DNA from: Nitrospirota bacterium
Lineage (GTDB): Bacteria; Nitrospirota; UBA9217
DNA: 64,000 nt
Direction: 5' to 3'
NCBI GenBank assembly: GCA_963751455.1
Contig: CAVVUN010000009.1
Location: forward strand, 1 to 64,000
Within the stretch, counting starts at the first letter, position 1. Every line of letters begins with the position of its first letter. The notes beneath the pieces are model-generated. The model had not been told where the DNA came from, searched no databases, and saw only the letters and a list, made by a program, of their open reading frames with translations. This document shows, one piece after another, positions 48,381 through 59,890 of the stretch. The position numbers and the translations under genes were made by a program.

Positions 48381-51300
48381 ATGTCCATGAAGGCGAACCA
48401 TCGGCTCCATTGCCCAGGGATATGCATCTTGTGTGCTCTTGTTCCTCTTCTCCTGTTGTGCGGTTTGTACCCTGCCGGCCTGCATGCTGCGTCCTTGGCT
48501 TCCCAGGCCGTTTTGAGCAAATTCGATCTTCCCGCCCAGGGCCGCCAGGAATCTATCCTCACGATCACGGCATTCGGCCGTTACGCTGTTACCGTTAAGA
48601 GCGACCAGGGCACGGCATTGCAGCTTATTGACCGTATGGCAGGGCCGGGGACGATTTCCGGCGTCGCAGGCGAACGGGACGGCAGGCTCGATCTCTTCCT
48701 GGAACGGGGCGACTACAAGATTGTCACCCACGGTCATGACAAGGCATCCGGGACTATTCGACTGGAAGCGCATCCCTTTTCGGAGAAGAATGCTCCACAG
48801 TCTCCCGCCCTCGTAGAATACAAACTGATCGAGACGGAAGTCAACGATTTCGAGCAGGTGTCCTACTGGCTCGATGTTAAAGAACGCAAACGTGTGGTTC
48901 TCGAAGCAGCGGGACGGAACCTGGCTGATCTGCGCTTATGGAAAGACGGCGCGTGGCTGGTCGATGCCGCACCGGTCATCGAAACGGTCCAACCGAAAAC
49001 TGGTCAGCCTCTGCGGGTTTGTCGTCTGGCACCGGAACTCGAACAGGGCCTGTATCTTCTCACTGCATACGGCGGTGTTGCCCTTCCCTGGGCCGAGGAT
49101 GGTGGTCATCCGTTCTATATGCGCTCCGGCATTCCCGAACTCGGTTCAGTTACCCGCAAACGATTCAAAATAAGCCCATTCGGAACGGACCGCTTCATCG
49201 TTCCCGGCTCAAGCACTTACTTCAGGACGGAACTCCCTGAAGCGCGAGAACTGTCACTTCAATCAGGATGGATTAACTTGAGTGATCCGTTCAGCAATAA
49301 CGGACAAATCAAGAATATCCAGAAAAATTCATTGCCTCCCGTTGCCGAGTTGTTCACCGAGGGGAAAACAAATGCCAAGCACATCGTGACTGTCACCGGG
49401 GAGCCGGGTATGCCCTATGTATTTCAGCACTTCGAATTGAAATATTCATATTCATTTCAAGGCAGCGGAGATTACTGGATATCGAGCGTTCACTCCGGTC
49501 ATCCGCAGGATTCCGTGGACGCAACGGCGATTATGGCATCGGGCAGCGATATGTACGGGATCCGGCCCATGATGGAGCAGACGATCGAGTTGGATCAGAC
49601 AACGGGCTATTCACGCCGTGCAAATCTTCTGGAAACCCTTACGCTTTTTCTCAAGATCAAGACGAAAGGTCGATACCAGATTATTGCGCAGGGCGTTGAG
49701 GCTCGTTTTCTCATCGAACCATTCCTCATATCGCGTCCCCGGGAGTATTCCAGACCGAAAGCGCAGCCGGCAGGATACACATGGGACCTCGATGCCGGCT
49801 ACTATACGCTGACGGTGGATCCCGAGAAGAAGGGAATAATGGATTTGATCATCCGACCTGCTTCCTGGGTCAGCTGGGTATGGGGAAAACTTGACCTCGA
49901 TAAAGGCAAGACCGTACAGCCGGTCAGTGCAGCAATTCGTTTTCCCCGGGTCTCTCTTAACCGGGATCAATGGTATACCGTGTACATGAACCGTCAGCCT
50001 GAAGTTAAAACAGGGTTCGTCGTTCGCCCCCTGCCTCTGGACCTGACGGATCCGCTGCCCGTCACGCAGCGGCCTGATGAATCCGTGATCGTTCCTTTTC
50101 AGGTATCGGAAGAGGGGATCGTCCGGGCGGAGGCCGAGGACGGCTCGCTCATGGATTTGTCCGTTGACAAAGGGCCCTGGCAAAAAACATTCAACGTGGG
50201 AGCAGGAAAGCACTCTGTTTCAGTTCGATTGACTGCAAAAAATACTATCAATTATGCGTTATATGTCGAGCCGCGCAGGCTAAGTGCAGAGACTGGTCTG
50301 CCGGCCATTTCACAAACAGCGCTTGACAGCCTCCCTAAATTCCCGGTCCTCGCAAATACCAAGCCTCTTTTTTTCGATTTAGACCGCAATTCTTCATCGA
50401 CCTTTAACGTACAGGCCGACAAATCGGCCCTTTTCCAAATCCAGTCCACAGGGCTCCTTGCGACGGAAGGCAATCTTCGCAGCAGGACCACGCCGCAATT
50501 TGTGCGGGAATCCGAGAACGGAAAAGGGAGGAACTTCTTTATCCGGCAGTACCTGCATGAAGGAGATTACCAGATAACGGTTGCGAGCAAGGGACAGTCA
50601 AAGGGACACCTGGGCTTGACTATGGAGAAGAGCGGTCTGATTCAAGGCGGGTACCTCACGAACCGCACGCCGGCGCGCCTTTCCCTTCCTGCAGGAAAAG
50701 CTGCAGCGTATCAATTCGTTGTTACGAAAGCAGGCGAATACCGTGTCCGGGCATTCGGTCTCGGAAGAAAGCTGAAGTGGCGGCTCGAGGACAAGGAGGG
50801 CTGGCCGGTTGTCACTCCCAACACAAAGGCGGATATAACCCGCATTTTTGAGAAGGGCACATACCGTTTGATCATTCTTCCCGAAAGCACGGATGCGAAG
50901 ATTGTAACCGTAATCGATCCGGTGAAGCGCGGCCGTCGGTTTAAAGGACATGGCCCTCACGTGTTGCCGTTGGCTCTTCCAGTTGATCATACATGGACCG
51001 AACCGATTTCGGGAAAAGCACGACAGCCAGACAAGTGGAAATTCGAACTTCCCGCCGATGGCGATATATCGATTGAGTTAACGGGAGAGATGCAGGCTGA
51101 CCTTTTAAAAATCAACTCCGACGGAACGGCAACACGGACTGCATTCATTCCGCCGGTACGGGGATGGCAGGGCACCCTGCAGGCCGGCTCCTACCGGATC
51201 GAAGCGGTCTCCATGCGTATCAATAACCAGGCTGCGTATCGATTGGTTGTCTCTCCCCGTTCTCTCATGACCGGTATGAGCCGTGATATCAGTGTCCCAT

Positions 51301-53822
51301 CCGTCGTCCCGATCGCAATCGGGCAGGCGGGAGTGGCTGAATTGTCGTCTTTCGGCGATGTTGACGTAAAGGCTCGTTTGATGATCGATGACGGCACCTT
51401 GATCGCTGAGAATGACGATCGCCCCGATGACTGGAATTTCCATATCGTCACGACTTTGAAACCGGGCAATTATCGATTATATGTCGATCAGTCAGGACCC
51501 GGCCACGGCACGTGCACGGTATCGCTGAGGGTACCGAAGGAAGAGGGGAAAAATGCACTCATCCTGCCGACCAGTGCGAAGATAAAACTAAGCGATGCAG
51601 TTCAAATTTTTCCGCTTACACTTCCTTCCAGGGGAGAGCTCCTGATGCTTTCTGCGCCGGCGAGGGAAAACGTCGGACTTGCAGTGGAAGTCTCCGACCA
51701 GGGGGGATGGAAAACCATCGGAACGACATCGGGCCGTAACACCCACCTTGAGATACCCCTTCTCAATACCCGGCCGTCGATCTCAAATGTCAGATATCGC
51801 CTGCGCATCTGGTCCATGGACTATCGCCATACGTCCGTTGAACTCTCAGCGCAGTTCATTTCGCCTCGCCAATTCAGTGAAAGCGATTTGAAAAAAGGCA
51901 TACACCTGCCGCTTGTCGAGGGATCCAAAACCCCGATTGCGGCTGCAGTCGTGCGGATCGAGCGAGGCGGTTTGCTGCGGATCCCTGAAGAATTCCAACA
52001 TTTGCGCTGGTCTGCAGAGGTGCTCCGTTCCTGCTCACAACCCGAAAATTATCTTCCCGTTCAACACGGCTTTATCTGGATCACCGGAGAAACAACAACG
52101 CGAGGCCCGGCACCTGAGGCAAGGGCAGAACGCGCGGGTTTGGGGTCGGGGGAGGACAAAGCGATCCAGGTCAGAATGAACGGCGGGGAAAATATGCTGT
52201 GCGATCTCGCGGGCGACTGGCGCGGTCCCGTTATGGCAATCGCTTCGTCGCGCATCGGGCGTCCAGCCGCTGAGCTTATAGAGCAGGAAAAAAACGAACC
52301 GGTGAATACCAACCGGCTTGTAGTGGGCGAGCATGGCTCTCTCAGCTTGTCTCTCCATCCGAAAAATCCTGCGGTAAAGCTCTGGGCCGCTTCTCCTGTA
52401 GATGAACCATTTGAAGTGCGACTTCTGCAGATAAGCTTTCCCGCGCCAGAGTCGGCCTCCGCCAAGGAAGGCCTGCACGGTGCAATCGCCGGGAAGAAAG
52501 CGCGGGTGTACGAACTTCCGAATGGGAAAAAACGTATGCGGATTTCTCTTAGCGAAGCCCTTGTTGCGGCACTGCAGAAGGACGATGCCGTCGCAAGCGT
52601 GCATTGGGCTGAGGGAAATGCATTTACGGAAACGTTCGAAACGGATGCAGATCGTCTGCTTCTGCTTCATATGCGGGAGGAAGAGGACCATTTTGCAATC
52701 GAACTATCCCCCCTGATTGCTGATGTTTCTACACGAGCCCTCGCTATCGGAGTTCCCTTCGAAGAGGTCATGCTGAATTCAGGAAGGTTGAGGTTATCCG
52801 TTGATGCAGGTGAAACACGTATCAAAAGAACACTTCATGTCCGGGGTGCAAAGAAGGCCCTCTTTACCGACAAGCTGGGCAATGTCATCCCAGGCAATGA
52901 CATGGATATCGACGAACGGAACGGCGTGCTTATCATCGATCACGGACCCGGTCCGTTGCTCGCCTGGCTTGACAGACCGGGAGAAGAAGCTGCCGACCTC
53001 TGGGCCCTAACCAAGAAGCCCGACAGGACATCCATAACGTTGCCTGCTCTACTGCCCCTGGACGGGAAATCCCACGCGTACCGAATCGACGCCGGCAAAC
53101 CCGTGATGCTCCATGTCCGCAGTGCCACGCCCCTCGCAACCTACCTGGACCGCGGGGACAAAACGCCGGATGTAGAGGTCCATTCCCGGGGGGTCATGCT
53201 CGATGCCTATCTGCCGAGAGGATCTGGAGAAGTTCGGCTGCGCGCCCTAAACGGGGGCCGCATGTCCGGGCAGGTTTCGATTTCCGGGTCTCCGGTCCTG
53301 CCCACTGATGAAGGATTGGGGCCCGAGGTCCTGCTCGCAGCAGGTGCTACGAGATTGTTTTCGTTCACGGTCCGCGAGGAAAGCATGATCGGCGCGGGAG
53401 TGAAGGCTGATTCCGATGCCGTTGATATGGAAATCTTGAACAGCGCTGGAGCGGTTCTTGGCAGGGGCGTCGCCCAGATGCTGCGCCTGAAGCCGGGCGT
53501 CTATTTGATGAAATTGCACGCGTTTGATACCGGGCGGCCGGTAAAAGCGCAGCCTGCACTTGTCGGCCTGAAGACCCCTGATACCGGTCCTCCTCCCGAC
53601 GAGATCACGAAATACCTTCATCCTGAAACAGAAATGCCTGCTGCCTATTCAAGCCGCAGAGGCAATGTGACGCAGGACAGAGCATACCAAAGCCCGAGTG
53701 AACCCGCGTATGAAAGTGACAACCCGGCGCCCGCTCCTGAATCTGAATACGGCGAAGGCATGACTGAGGAAGGCGAACAAACCGTTGATCCGGGAAGTGG
53801 TGAAGGAGAACGAGAACCATGA
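48381..53822 (+). CDS. Giant secreted protein with many PPC-like beta-sandwich repeats (ORF open from 48225)
   Basis: RBS GGGAGG and a signal peptide after 48381. At least 8 LxxGxYxl motifs, including LIAENDD...NF.I...LKPGNYRLYV. Acidic tail. Confidence 0.8.
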   Translation: MSMKANHRLHCPGICILCALVPLLLLCGLYPAGLHAASLASQAVLSKFDLPAQGRQESILTITAFGRYAVTVKSDQGTALQLIDRMAGPGTISGVAGERDGRLDLFLERGDYKIVTHGHDKASGTIRLEAHPFSEKNAPQSPALVEYKLIETEVNDFEQVSYWLDVKERKRVVLEAAGRNLADLRLWKDGAWLVDAAPVIETVQPKTGQPLRVCRLAPELEQGLYLLTAYGGVALPWAEDGGHPFYMRSGIPELGSVTRKRFKISPFGTDRFIVPGSSTYFRTELPEARELSLQSGWINLSDPFSNNGQIKNIQKNSLPPVAELFTEGKTNAKHIVTVTGEPGMPYVFQHFELKYSYSFQGSGDYWISSVHSGHPQDSVDATAIMASGSDMYGIRPMMEQTIELDQTTGYSRRANLLETLTLFLKIKTKGRYQIIAQGVEARFLIEPFLISRPREYSRPKAQPAGYTWDLDAGYYTLTVDPEKKGIMDLIIRPASWVSWVWGKLDLDKGKTVQPVSAAIRFPRVSLNRDQWYTVYMNRQPEVKTGFVVRPLPLDLTDPLPVTQRPDESVIVPFQVSEEGIVRAEAEDGSLMDLSVDKGPWQKTFNVGAGKHSVSVRLTAKNTINYALYVEPRRLSAETGLPAISQTALDSLPKFPVLANTKPLFFDLDRNSSSTFNVQADKSALFQIQSTGLLATEGNLRSRTTPQFVRESENGKGRNFFIRQYLHEGDYQITVASKGQSKGHLGLTMEKSGLIQGGYLTNRTPARLSLPAGKAAAYQFVVTKAGEYRVRAFGLGRKLKWRLEDKEGWPVVTPNTKADITRIFEKGTYRLIILPESTDAKIVTVIDPVKRGRRFKGHGPHVLPLALPVDHTWTEPISGKARQPDKWKFELPADGDISIELTGEMQADLLKINSDGTATRTAFIPPVRGWQGTLQAGSYRIEAVSMRINNQAAYRLVVSPRSLMTGMSRDISVPSVVPIAIGQAGVAELSSFGDVDVKARLMIDDGTLIAENDDRPDDWNFHIVTTLKPGNYRLYVDQSGPGHGTCTVSLRVPKEEGKNALILPTSAKIKLSDAVQIFPLTLPSRGELLMLSAPARENVGLAVEVSDQGGWKTIGTTSGRNTHLEIPLLNTRPSISNVRYRLRIWSMDYRHTSVELSAQFISPRQFSESDLKKGIHLPLVEGSKTPIAAAVVRIERGGLLRIPEEFQHLRWSAEVLRSCSQPENYLPVQHGFIWITGETTTRGPAPEARAERAGLGSGEDKAIQVRMNGGENMLCDLAGDWRGPVMAIASSRIGRPAAELIEQEKNEPVNTNRLVVGEHGSLSLSLHPKNPAVKLWAASPVDEPFEVRLLQISFPAPESASAKEGLHGAIAGKKARVYELPNGKKRMRISLSEALVAALQKDDAVASVHWAEGNAFTETFETDADRLLLLHMREEEDHFAIELSPLIADVSTRALAIGVPFEEVMLNSGRLRLSVDAGETRIKRTLHVRGAKKALFTDKLGNVIPGNDMDIDERNGVLIIDHGPGPLLAWLDRPGEEAADLWALTKKPDRTSITLPALLPLDGKSHAYRIDAGKPVMLHVRSATPLATYLDRGDKTPDVEVHSRGVMLDAYLPRGSGEVRLRALNGGRMSGQVSISGSPVLPTDEGLGPEVLLAAGATRLFSFTVREESMIGAGVKADSDAVDMEILNSAGAVLGRGVAQMLRLKPGVYLMKLHAFDTGRPVKAQPALVGLKTPDTGPPPDEITKYLHPETEMPAAYSSRRGNVTQDRAYQSPSEPAYESDNPAPAPESEYGEGMTEEGEQTVDPGSGEGEREP

Positions 53823-53971
53823 GCCGGCTTGTCATGAGGAGCGAATATACCGAATCGCATTCATCACTCAGAATAGATGCGGGAAGTGATACGAGCGTTG
53901 AAAGACGCCGGGAACCGGTATCGAGCACGATTCATAATCTGCGATATACAGCATTACCAAGGAGAGCAAAC

Positions 53972-56900
53972 ATGCAAAACCGTTTTTCAGGAATGCTTCT
54001 GGCCATGTTGATTCTCGTCACGCCCGTTGTCGTCCGGGGTGAATCCAGGCAGGCAGCGGCGATTATTCGACCGGAATTTGTCACAGAAACCACGATTATC
54101 CCGGAGCATTTTCTTCGGCGTTGGGATCCGGTAACGATTTTCTTTACCCGGGAACGGGGACCGAAGAACGGCGGTCCCGAAGACCATCCGGACAAATACG
54201 TTACCGTGGATACGGATCACCCCGGAGCTTATCGGTGGCTCGACGACAGGACGCTTCAGTTTCAACCTTCCGAACCCTGGCCTTCGCTGTCACGCTTTAT
54301 CTGGACCGTCGACAAAAAAGCCACGGCTCTCTTCACATTGATGGAAGCGCCGGTCACAATGAACCCGGCTGACAAGACGGAGGGACTGGAGCAGGTGAAG
54401 AATATAGCGCTCACCTTTGCAGAGCCGCTCGATCCCCAGGCTTTGGCAAGCATGGTCTCGCTCGAACTGCGGCCTTTGCCCGGCGCAGGATCTGATAAAT
54501 CCCGCTGGCTTACCAAAAACGATTTTACGATCAAAGTCATGGAGCGGCGGTCCCGCTCGGACAAAGCTTCCTACGTGCTCACTCTGAAGGAGCCGATCTC
54601 CCACGGGATCAAGACGATCGTGCATATGCGCCTGGCGCTGGATGACAAGGTTACAGAATCATTTAGAGAGTTTTCTTTTTCCACTGCCGAGCCCTTCCGG
54701 GTCGTGGCCCTCGGAACAAGAGAACGAAGATATCCTGTTACTCCCGAAGGTTCTCATTATTCCCGGGAACAGGCCATTCGCGGCGAATCCTCGGAACGGA
54801 GCGTTATAGTTGATTTTTCGTCTCCGCCGGACCTTGCTGACGACTCCCTGACATTGTCGGGAAGAAACCTTGTCGGATTCGCTCCTGCTGTCCCCCGGCT
54901 TACGTATCGGCTCGAAGGAAGCCAACTGGTCATCGCGGGCGACTTCGCTCGCGACACGCTTTACCGGGTTTCGCTTTCACCGGTCCCGGTCAGCGACAAG
55001 CAGGGAAAGCACCTTGAAATGAAAGGCGCGAGCGACCTGTTCGTGTATTTTCCCCGCAGCCAATCCTACGTCCGGCTGAGAGCCGGGCAGGGCATTGTTG
55101 AACGGTTCGGAAAGCAGTTGATCCCGGTGGAAGGCAGAGGAGAAGAGCGCATAGACCTTCGCATCTATCCAGTGCAGCCGCTAGACCGGTCGTTCTGGCC
55201 TTTTCCCGGCTATCCGCTCGAAACAGATGATGGCAGTCGGCCGCCTGGACCTGGTGAAGAGCCCGAACCGTTTACTGCGCCTGACCAGTCAGCCCGAGCA
55301 GACGAATTAGTCCGCCAGATTTCGATCCTGGGATCGCCGCCTGTCTCGGCACTCGTTGCGCTGCCTCTCAAAAAGGAAGGCGGATCGGCTTCCTTTGGTC
55401 TTGATCTTACGCCGCATCTTGCAAAGCTTTCCGGAAAAGATCAACCCGGCTCATATTTGATCGGTTTGCGAGATCTTGCTGTGGGGAGCAGACGCACATG
55501 GATCCGGCTTCAGGTTACTGACCTTTCACTTACTACGATTGAAGAGCCGGATGCAGTCAAATATATCGTCACATCCCTTCACTCGGCTGAGCCCGTCTCC
55601 AAGGCACGTATACACATCGAAGGCACTCTTTATGATCGCGGTAAACCGTCGTGGATGACGCTTGCAGAGGGGATCACTGACGGGGATGGTATATTCCGCT
55701 GGCGCGCTCCCGGCCGGACCCGCTCAGGCGAGCAGAAAACGGTGCGGCGGATTATAGTGGAGAAGGACAAGGATCTCCTCGTCTTCGATCCCGCAAATCC
55801 GCCTGATGTGTATTTCGACAATCAATGGTCGGTCGACCGGTCACCGTGGCTGCAATGGACCCATGAATCACTTGAAGGGCGCGGAGCGCAGCCGCAAATG
55901 GTGAGCCACATTTTCACGGACCGTCCCGTATATCGCCCAGAAGAGGAAGTTCATATCAAAGGATATCTCCGCAAACGGGAGAAAGGACATCTTCAGCCGG
56001 TCAAGACGGGCGGCTGGCTGATCGTCGAGGGCCCGGGTGATGTTTCCTGGAAATATCCGGCGACCCTGACCGACGTGGGCAGCTTCTACCATGCTTTTTC
56101 TGAAAAAGATCTTCCCACGGGAACGTACTCGGCGCACCTCGAAAACCAGGACCGTACAGAAACGTATGGTCGGGTTACCTTCCAGATGGAGGCGTATCGA
56201 CTCCCGCTTTTCGAGGTCAATCTGCACGCCGCGGACCAGGTTTCGCTGGACAAAGAATTCGAGGTGAAACTTGCAGCCTCCTATTATGCGGGCGGCAAAG
56301 TAGGCGGCCGGCCCGTGGAATGGCGCGTAACCCAGTATCCTTTTGCATGGACTCCCAGGAAACGGGAGGGGTTCCTTTATTCATCAGACGGCCGTTTTTC
56401 CCGGACTGAACGGTTTCAGGCGTCGCCCCGTCTCGAAAAACAGGATACGACGGACGAAAACGGTTCCGCGTCGATCATGCTCAATCCTGCCCTGGAACTG
56501 ACTGCGCAGCCCCGGACCTACATGGTCGAAGCGACGGTCACGGGAGCGGACGATCAGACAGTGACAGCTTCAAAATCGATTTCCGCACTTCCTGCATTTG
56601 TTCTCGGACTGAAGGTGCCTCGTTATATCGAGAAGGCAAAAGAGATCGCACCGGAGATCATTGTCGTGGGACCGGATGACTCGCTGCTCAAGGACAAAGA
56701 AGTGACGGTCCGGCTTCTGCGGCGGGAGTGGCACTCGGCGCTCAAGGCGAGCGACTTTTCTGACGGCGTTGCCCGATATGTAACCGACGTGGTTGATGAA
56801 AAGATTTCTGAAAAGACGATCAGAAGCGGAGCGGAGCCCGTCAAAACAACGTTCCCGGTTCCGAAAGCCGGGGTATACATTGTCGAACTGGAAGCGCACG

Positions 56901-59794
56901 ATAAATTGGACCGCGCGCAAGTCGTGCGCGTCGATCTGTACGCAGGCGGTGATGAGCGTGTTGCCTGGCCCAAACCGATTACGCGCATATTCACCGTTAC
57001 GCCGGACAAGGCCAAATACGATCCGGGCATGACAGCGAAGATCATTTTGCAGAGCCCGTTCCAGAAAGCCCGTGCCCTTGCCATTGTTGAAACGCCTGAC
57101 GGCAACAAGTATCACTGGCTCGATGTCGAAGGAGCCACGGCCGTCTTTTCCCTTCCTATTGAAGGTAATTATGCACCTCGCTTGCCGGTTCACTTCATCC
57201 TCATGAGAGGCCGGTTGGCCGGCACGGGACCTTCTCCTGCAGGCGGCATGGATATGGGAAAACCGGAAACCATGGCTGCTACAGCCTGGATCGACGTCAA
57301 TCCCGTTGCTCACCAGATGAAGGTGGAGCTCGAATATCCTCCCGTGGCGCGTCCTGGAGAAAAAATCAAGGTCGGCGTTTCGCTCAAAGATCCTTCAGGC
57401 AAACCTCTTTCCGGCGAGGTTACGCTCTGGCTTGTTGACCAGGCGGTGCTGTCTTTGGGCAAAGAGCAGCATCTTGATCCCGTGCCTGATTTTATCCGGC
57501 AGGTCCACTCCTTTATCAAGGTCCATGATTCCCGCAACCTGGCGTTCGGCAACCTGCCTTTTGCAGAGAACCCGGGCGGCGACGAGGGCAGTGAAGAGTC
57601 GCTCCTTGAGAAGGTCACAGTGCGGAAGAATTTCAAGACGGTGCCGTACTATAATCCTCTCATCATGGTCGGTCCCGATGGAAAGGCCGTCGTGGAGATC
57701 ACGCTCTCCGATGACCTGACGAACTTTAAACTGCGGGCGAAGGCCGCATCAGGAGCCGAGCGTTTCGGTTTTGGAGTGGGGCACCTGGCCGTGAGACTGC
57801 CGCTGATCGTGCAGCCGGCCCTTCCACGCTTCGTCCGTCCAGGAGATTCATTTACGGCAAAAGCGATAAGCAGGATCGTGGAAGGAAAGGACGGGCCGGG
57901 TCAAGCGGAGTACAAGGTGCAGGGAGCGAAGATCACCGGTCCGGCGAAACAGGAGTTACAGTGGACCGGCAGCAACCCGCTTGCTATCGAATTCCCGGTG
58001 GAAGTGGCTTCTCCAGTCTACACCACCGAGGGCAAACCATCGATCCAGAACGTGACGTTTACGGTCGGTGTACGGAGGAATTCGGACAACGCAAAGGACG
58101 CGTTTGAGGTCAAGCTGCCGTTCCGAGAGGATCGGGGCAGGGTATCTAAGCGAAAAATTGCGGAGCTGAAGCCTTCTGAGCCTTTTATTATTGAGGCAGT
58201 TAACGAAAAGGTGCGGCCCGGTACACTGACCCGCTCGGTTCTGCTCTCAGACCAACCCGGTCTCATCAAAATGGCGGCGGGTCTGGACTTCTTCATGCAC
58301 TACCCCTACGGGTGCACCGAGCAGCAGCTCAGCCGAGCCCGCGTCTATATGGCTTTGCGTAAATTCCGAACGCTGTTGAAACAGGAAGGTTCGGACAAAG
58401 AAATGAAACGGGCCGTGAGCGAGGTCATGAATTTGATCCCGACCGTTATCGACGGAAACGGCCAGGTCGCATTCTGGCCGGGTTCCAGGGGATACGTCAG
58501 CCTGACTGCCTGGACGGTGCAGTTTTTTATAGAGGCAAAAGAGGCGGGGTTCACGATCGATGAAAAAATTCTTACCCAACTGATGAACTCTCTTGAACAG
58601 GCCCTGCGTTCCGATTACAGCCACTTTATAGACGGAGAATCGTTTGCCGAACGGGTATGGGCGCATCTTGCCCTGACACGAGCAGGCAAATACAACGCAG
58701 CATACGCTGCAGAGCTGTCGAGAAAAGCCGAGTTCCTGAACCTTGAAAGCATTGCGGCGATCCTCTATTCCTTCTCACTAGCAGAGCAAAACTCGTCAAC
58801 GGCAACACAGCTCGAAAAGGCGCTCTGGGACGGCATTGTGGTGCGTTTGTATCAGGGACGTGAAATGTACGGAGGCCTGCAGGAAAAAAACACTACACGG
58901 AACAATTTGATCCTTCCGACAGAAACACGCACGCTCGCGGAGATGACCCGCGCTGTTGCCCGCTACGACGGTAAGAATCAACGGCTTCCGCTCCTCGTCG
59001 ATTCACTGGTAACGCTCGGCCGCGACGACGGGTGGGGAACCACAAACGCAAATGCCGAGGCGCTTCTTGCCTTGTCGGAAATACTGAAACCTCCTTATTC
59101 GGGTGCAAAAGCGGCCCAGGTCCGTGTTAAGCTTGACGGAAAAGAGCAGACAATTAATCTGGGATCCGACCTCCCGCTGGGTTTTGTCTCAGGAAACGGC
59201 TTGAGTGCCGGGGAAGCGCTTCTTCAAAGCAAAACAGGATCGAAGCCTGTAGCTGTCCGTGTGGACACATCATACGTGCCTGCTGAAGACGGCAGCAAGG
59301 TGGCGGCGGAGAGCAACGGATTCGTTGTGACCCGTGAATTGCTGCTGATCCAGAAAGACGGCCCCCCGAAGAAAATCGCCTTGACCCAGGCAGGCACGAC
59401 GCAGACTTTTGCGGTCGGAGATGTCATTGAAGAGCATGTGCAGGTCGTGAATCCCAAAGAACGCCACTATGTCGCCGTGACCGCGCCGCTCGCGGCCGGC
59501 ATGGAACCGCTGAATCCGAAGCTCCAGACAGCGCCGCCCGAGGCCGCTCCTAACGGAAATACAACGCTTAACCCGACGTATATAGCCTATCAGGACGATC
59601 AGGCAGCGTTCTATTACAACGTGCTCCCTGCAGGGACCTATGATTTTTATTTCCGGACAAGAGCAACAGTTGTCGGGACATTTATCCAGCCCGCTGCTAA
59701 GGCAGAGACGATGTACGATGGCGCGGTGTTTGGCCTTTCGAACGGGGCGAAGATCGTTGTCAATGAAAAAGAGGAGAATCATGGAGAGCGCTAA
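53972..59794 (+). CDS. Bacterial alpha-2-macroglobulin
   Basis: MG2 FTDRPVYRP.E.V..KG; LWLVDQAVL.L; VRKNF; LPRFVRPGD; thioester YPYGCTEQ; LAAGMEP; AETMY. RBS AAGGAG. Confidence 0.95.
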   Translation: MQNRFSGMLLAMLILVTPVVVRGESRQAAAIIRPEFVTETTIIPEHFLRRWDPVTIFFTRERGPKNGGPEDHPDKYVTVDTDHPGAYRWLDDRTLQFQPSEPWPSLSRFIWTVDKKATALFTLMEAPVTMNPADKTEGLEQVKNIALTFAEPLDPQALASMVSLELRPLPGAGSDKSRWLTKNDFTIKVMERRSRSDKASYVLTLKEPISHGIKTIVHMRLALDDKVTESFREFSFSTAEPFRVVALGTRERRYPVTPEGSHYSREQAIRGESSERSVIVDFSSPPDLADDSLTLSGRNLVGFAPAVPRLTYRLEGSQLVIAGDFARDTLYRVSLSPVPVSDKQGKHLEMKGASDLFVYFPRSQSYVRLRAGQGIVERFGKQLIPVEGRGEERIDLRIYPVQPLDRSFWPFPGYPLETDDGSRPPGPGEEPEPFTAPDQSARADELVRQISILGSPPVSALVALPLKKEGGSASFGLDLTPHLAKLSGKDQPGSYLIGLRDLAVGSRRTWIRLQVTDLSLTTIEEPDAVKYIVTSLHSAEPVSKARIHIEGTLYDRGKPSWMTLAEGITDGDGIFRWRAPGRTRSGEQKTVRRIIVEKDKDLLVFDPANPPDVYFDNQWSVDRSPWLQWTHESLEGRGAQPQMVSHIFTDRPVYRPEEEVHIKGYLRKREKGHLQPVKTGGWLIVEGPGDVSWKYPATLTDVGSFYHAFSEKDLPTGTYSAHLENQDRTETYGRVTFQMEAYRLPLFEVNLHAADQVSLDKEFEVKLAASYYAGGKVGGRPVEWRVTQYPFAWTPRKREGFLYSSDGRFSRTERFQASPRLEKQDTTDENGSASIMLNPALELTAQPRTYMVEATVTGADDQTVTASKSISALPAFVLGLKVPRYIEKAKEIAPEIIVVGPDDSLLKDKEVTVRLLRREWHSALKASDFSDGVARYVTDVVDEKISEKTIRSGAEPVKTTFPVPKAGVYIVELEAHDKLDRAQVVRVDLYAGGDERVAWPKPITRIFTVTPDKAKYDPGMTAKIILQSPFQKARALAIVETPDGNKYHWLDVEGATAVFSLPIEGNYAPRLPVHFILMRGRLAGTGPSPAGGMDMGKPETMAATAWIDVNPVAHQMKVELEYPPVARPGEKIKVGVSLKDPSGKPLSGEVTLWLVDQAVLSLGKEQHLDPVPDFIRQVHSFIKVHDSRNLAFGNLPFAENPGGDEGSEESLLEKVTVRKNFKTVPYYNPLIMVGPDGKAVVEITLSDDLTNFKLRAKAASGAERFGFGVGHLAVRLPLIVQPALPRFVRPGDSFTAKAISRIVEGKDGPGQAEYKVQGAKITGPAKQELQWTGSNPLAIEFPVEVASPVYTTEGKPSIQNVTFTVGVRRNSDNAKDAFEVKLPFREDRGRVSKRKIAELKPSEPFIIEAVNEKVRPGTLTRSVLLSDQPGLIKMAAGLDFFMHYPYGCTEQQLSRARVYMALRKFRTLLKQEGSDKEMKRAVSEVMNLIPTVIDGNGQVAFWPGSRGYVSLTAWTVQFFIEAKEAGFTIDEKILTQLMNSLEQALRSDYSHFIDGESFAERVWAHLALTRAGKYNAAYAAELSRKAEFLNLESIAAILYSFSLAEQNSSTATQLEKALWDGIVVRLYQGREMYGGLQEKNTTRNNLILPTETRTLAEMTRAVARYDGKNQRLPLLVDSLVTLGRDDGWGTTNANAEALLALSEILKPPYSGAKAAQVRVKLDGKEQTINLGSDLPLGFVSGNGLSAGEALLQSKTGSKPVAVRVDTSYVPAEDGSKVAAESNGFVVTRELLLIQKDGPPKKIALTQAGTTQTFAVGDVIEEHVQVVNPKERHYVAVTAPLAAGMEPLNPKLQTAPPEAAPNGNTTLNPTYIAYQDDQAAFYYNVLPAGTYDFYFRTRATVVGTFIQPAAKAETMYDGAVFGLSNGAKIVVNEKEENHGER

Positions 59795-59890
59795 CAAGGT
59801 GCAGCAGATGTAAAATCGATCTTGCCTATACGCCGGAGAGAAGTCATAAATAGAGAGCCACGGAGATAGGCCTAAATAAGGAGGAATCAT

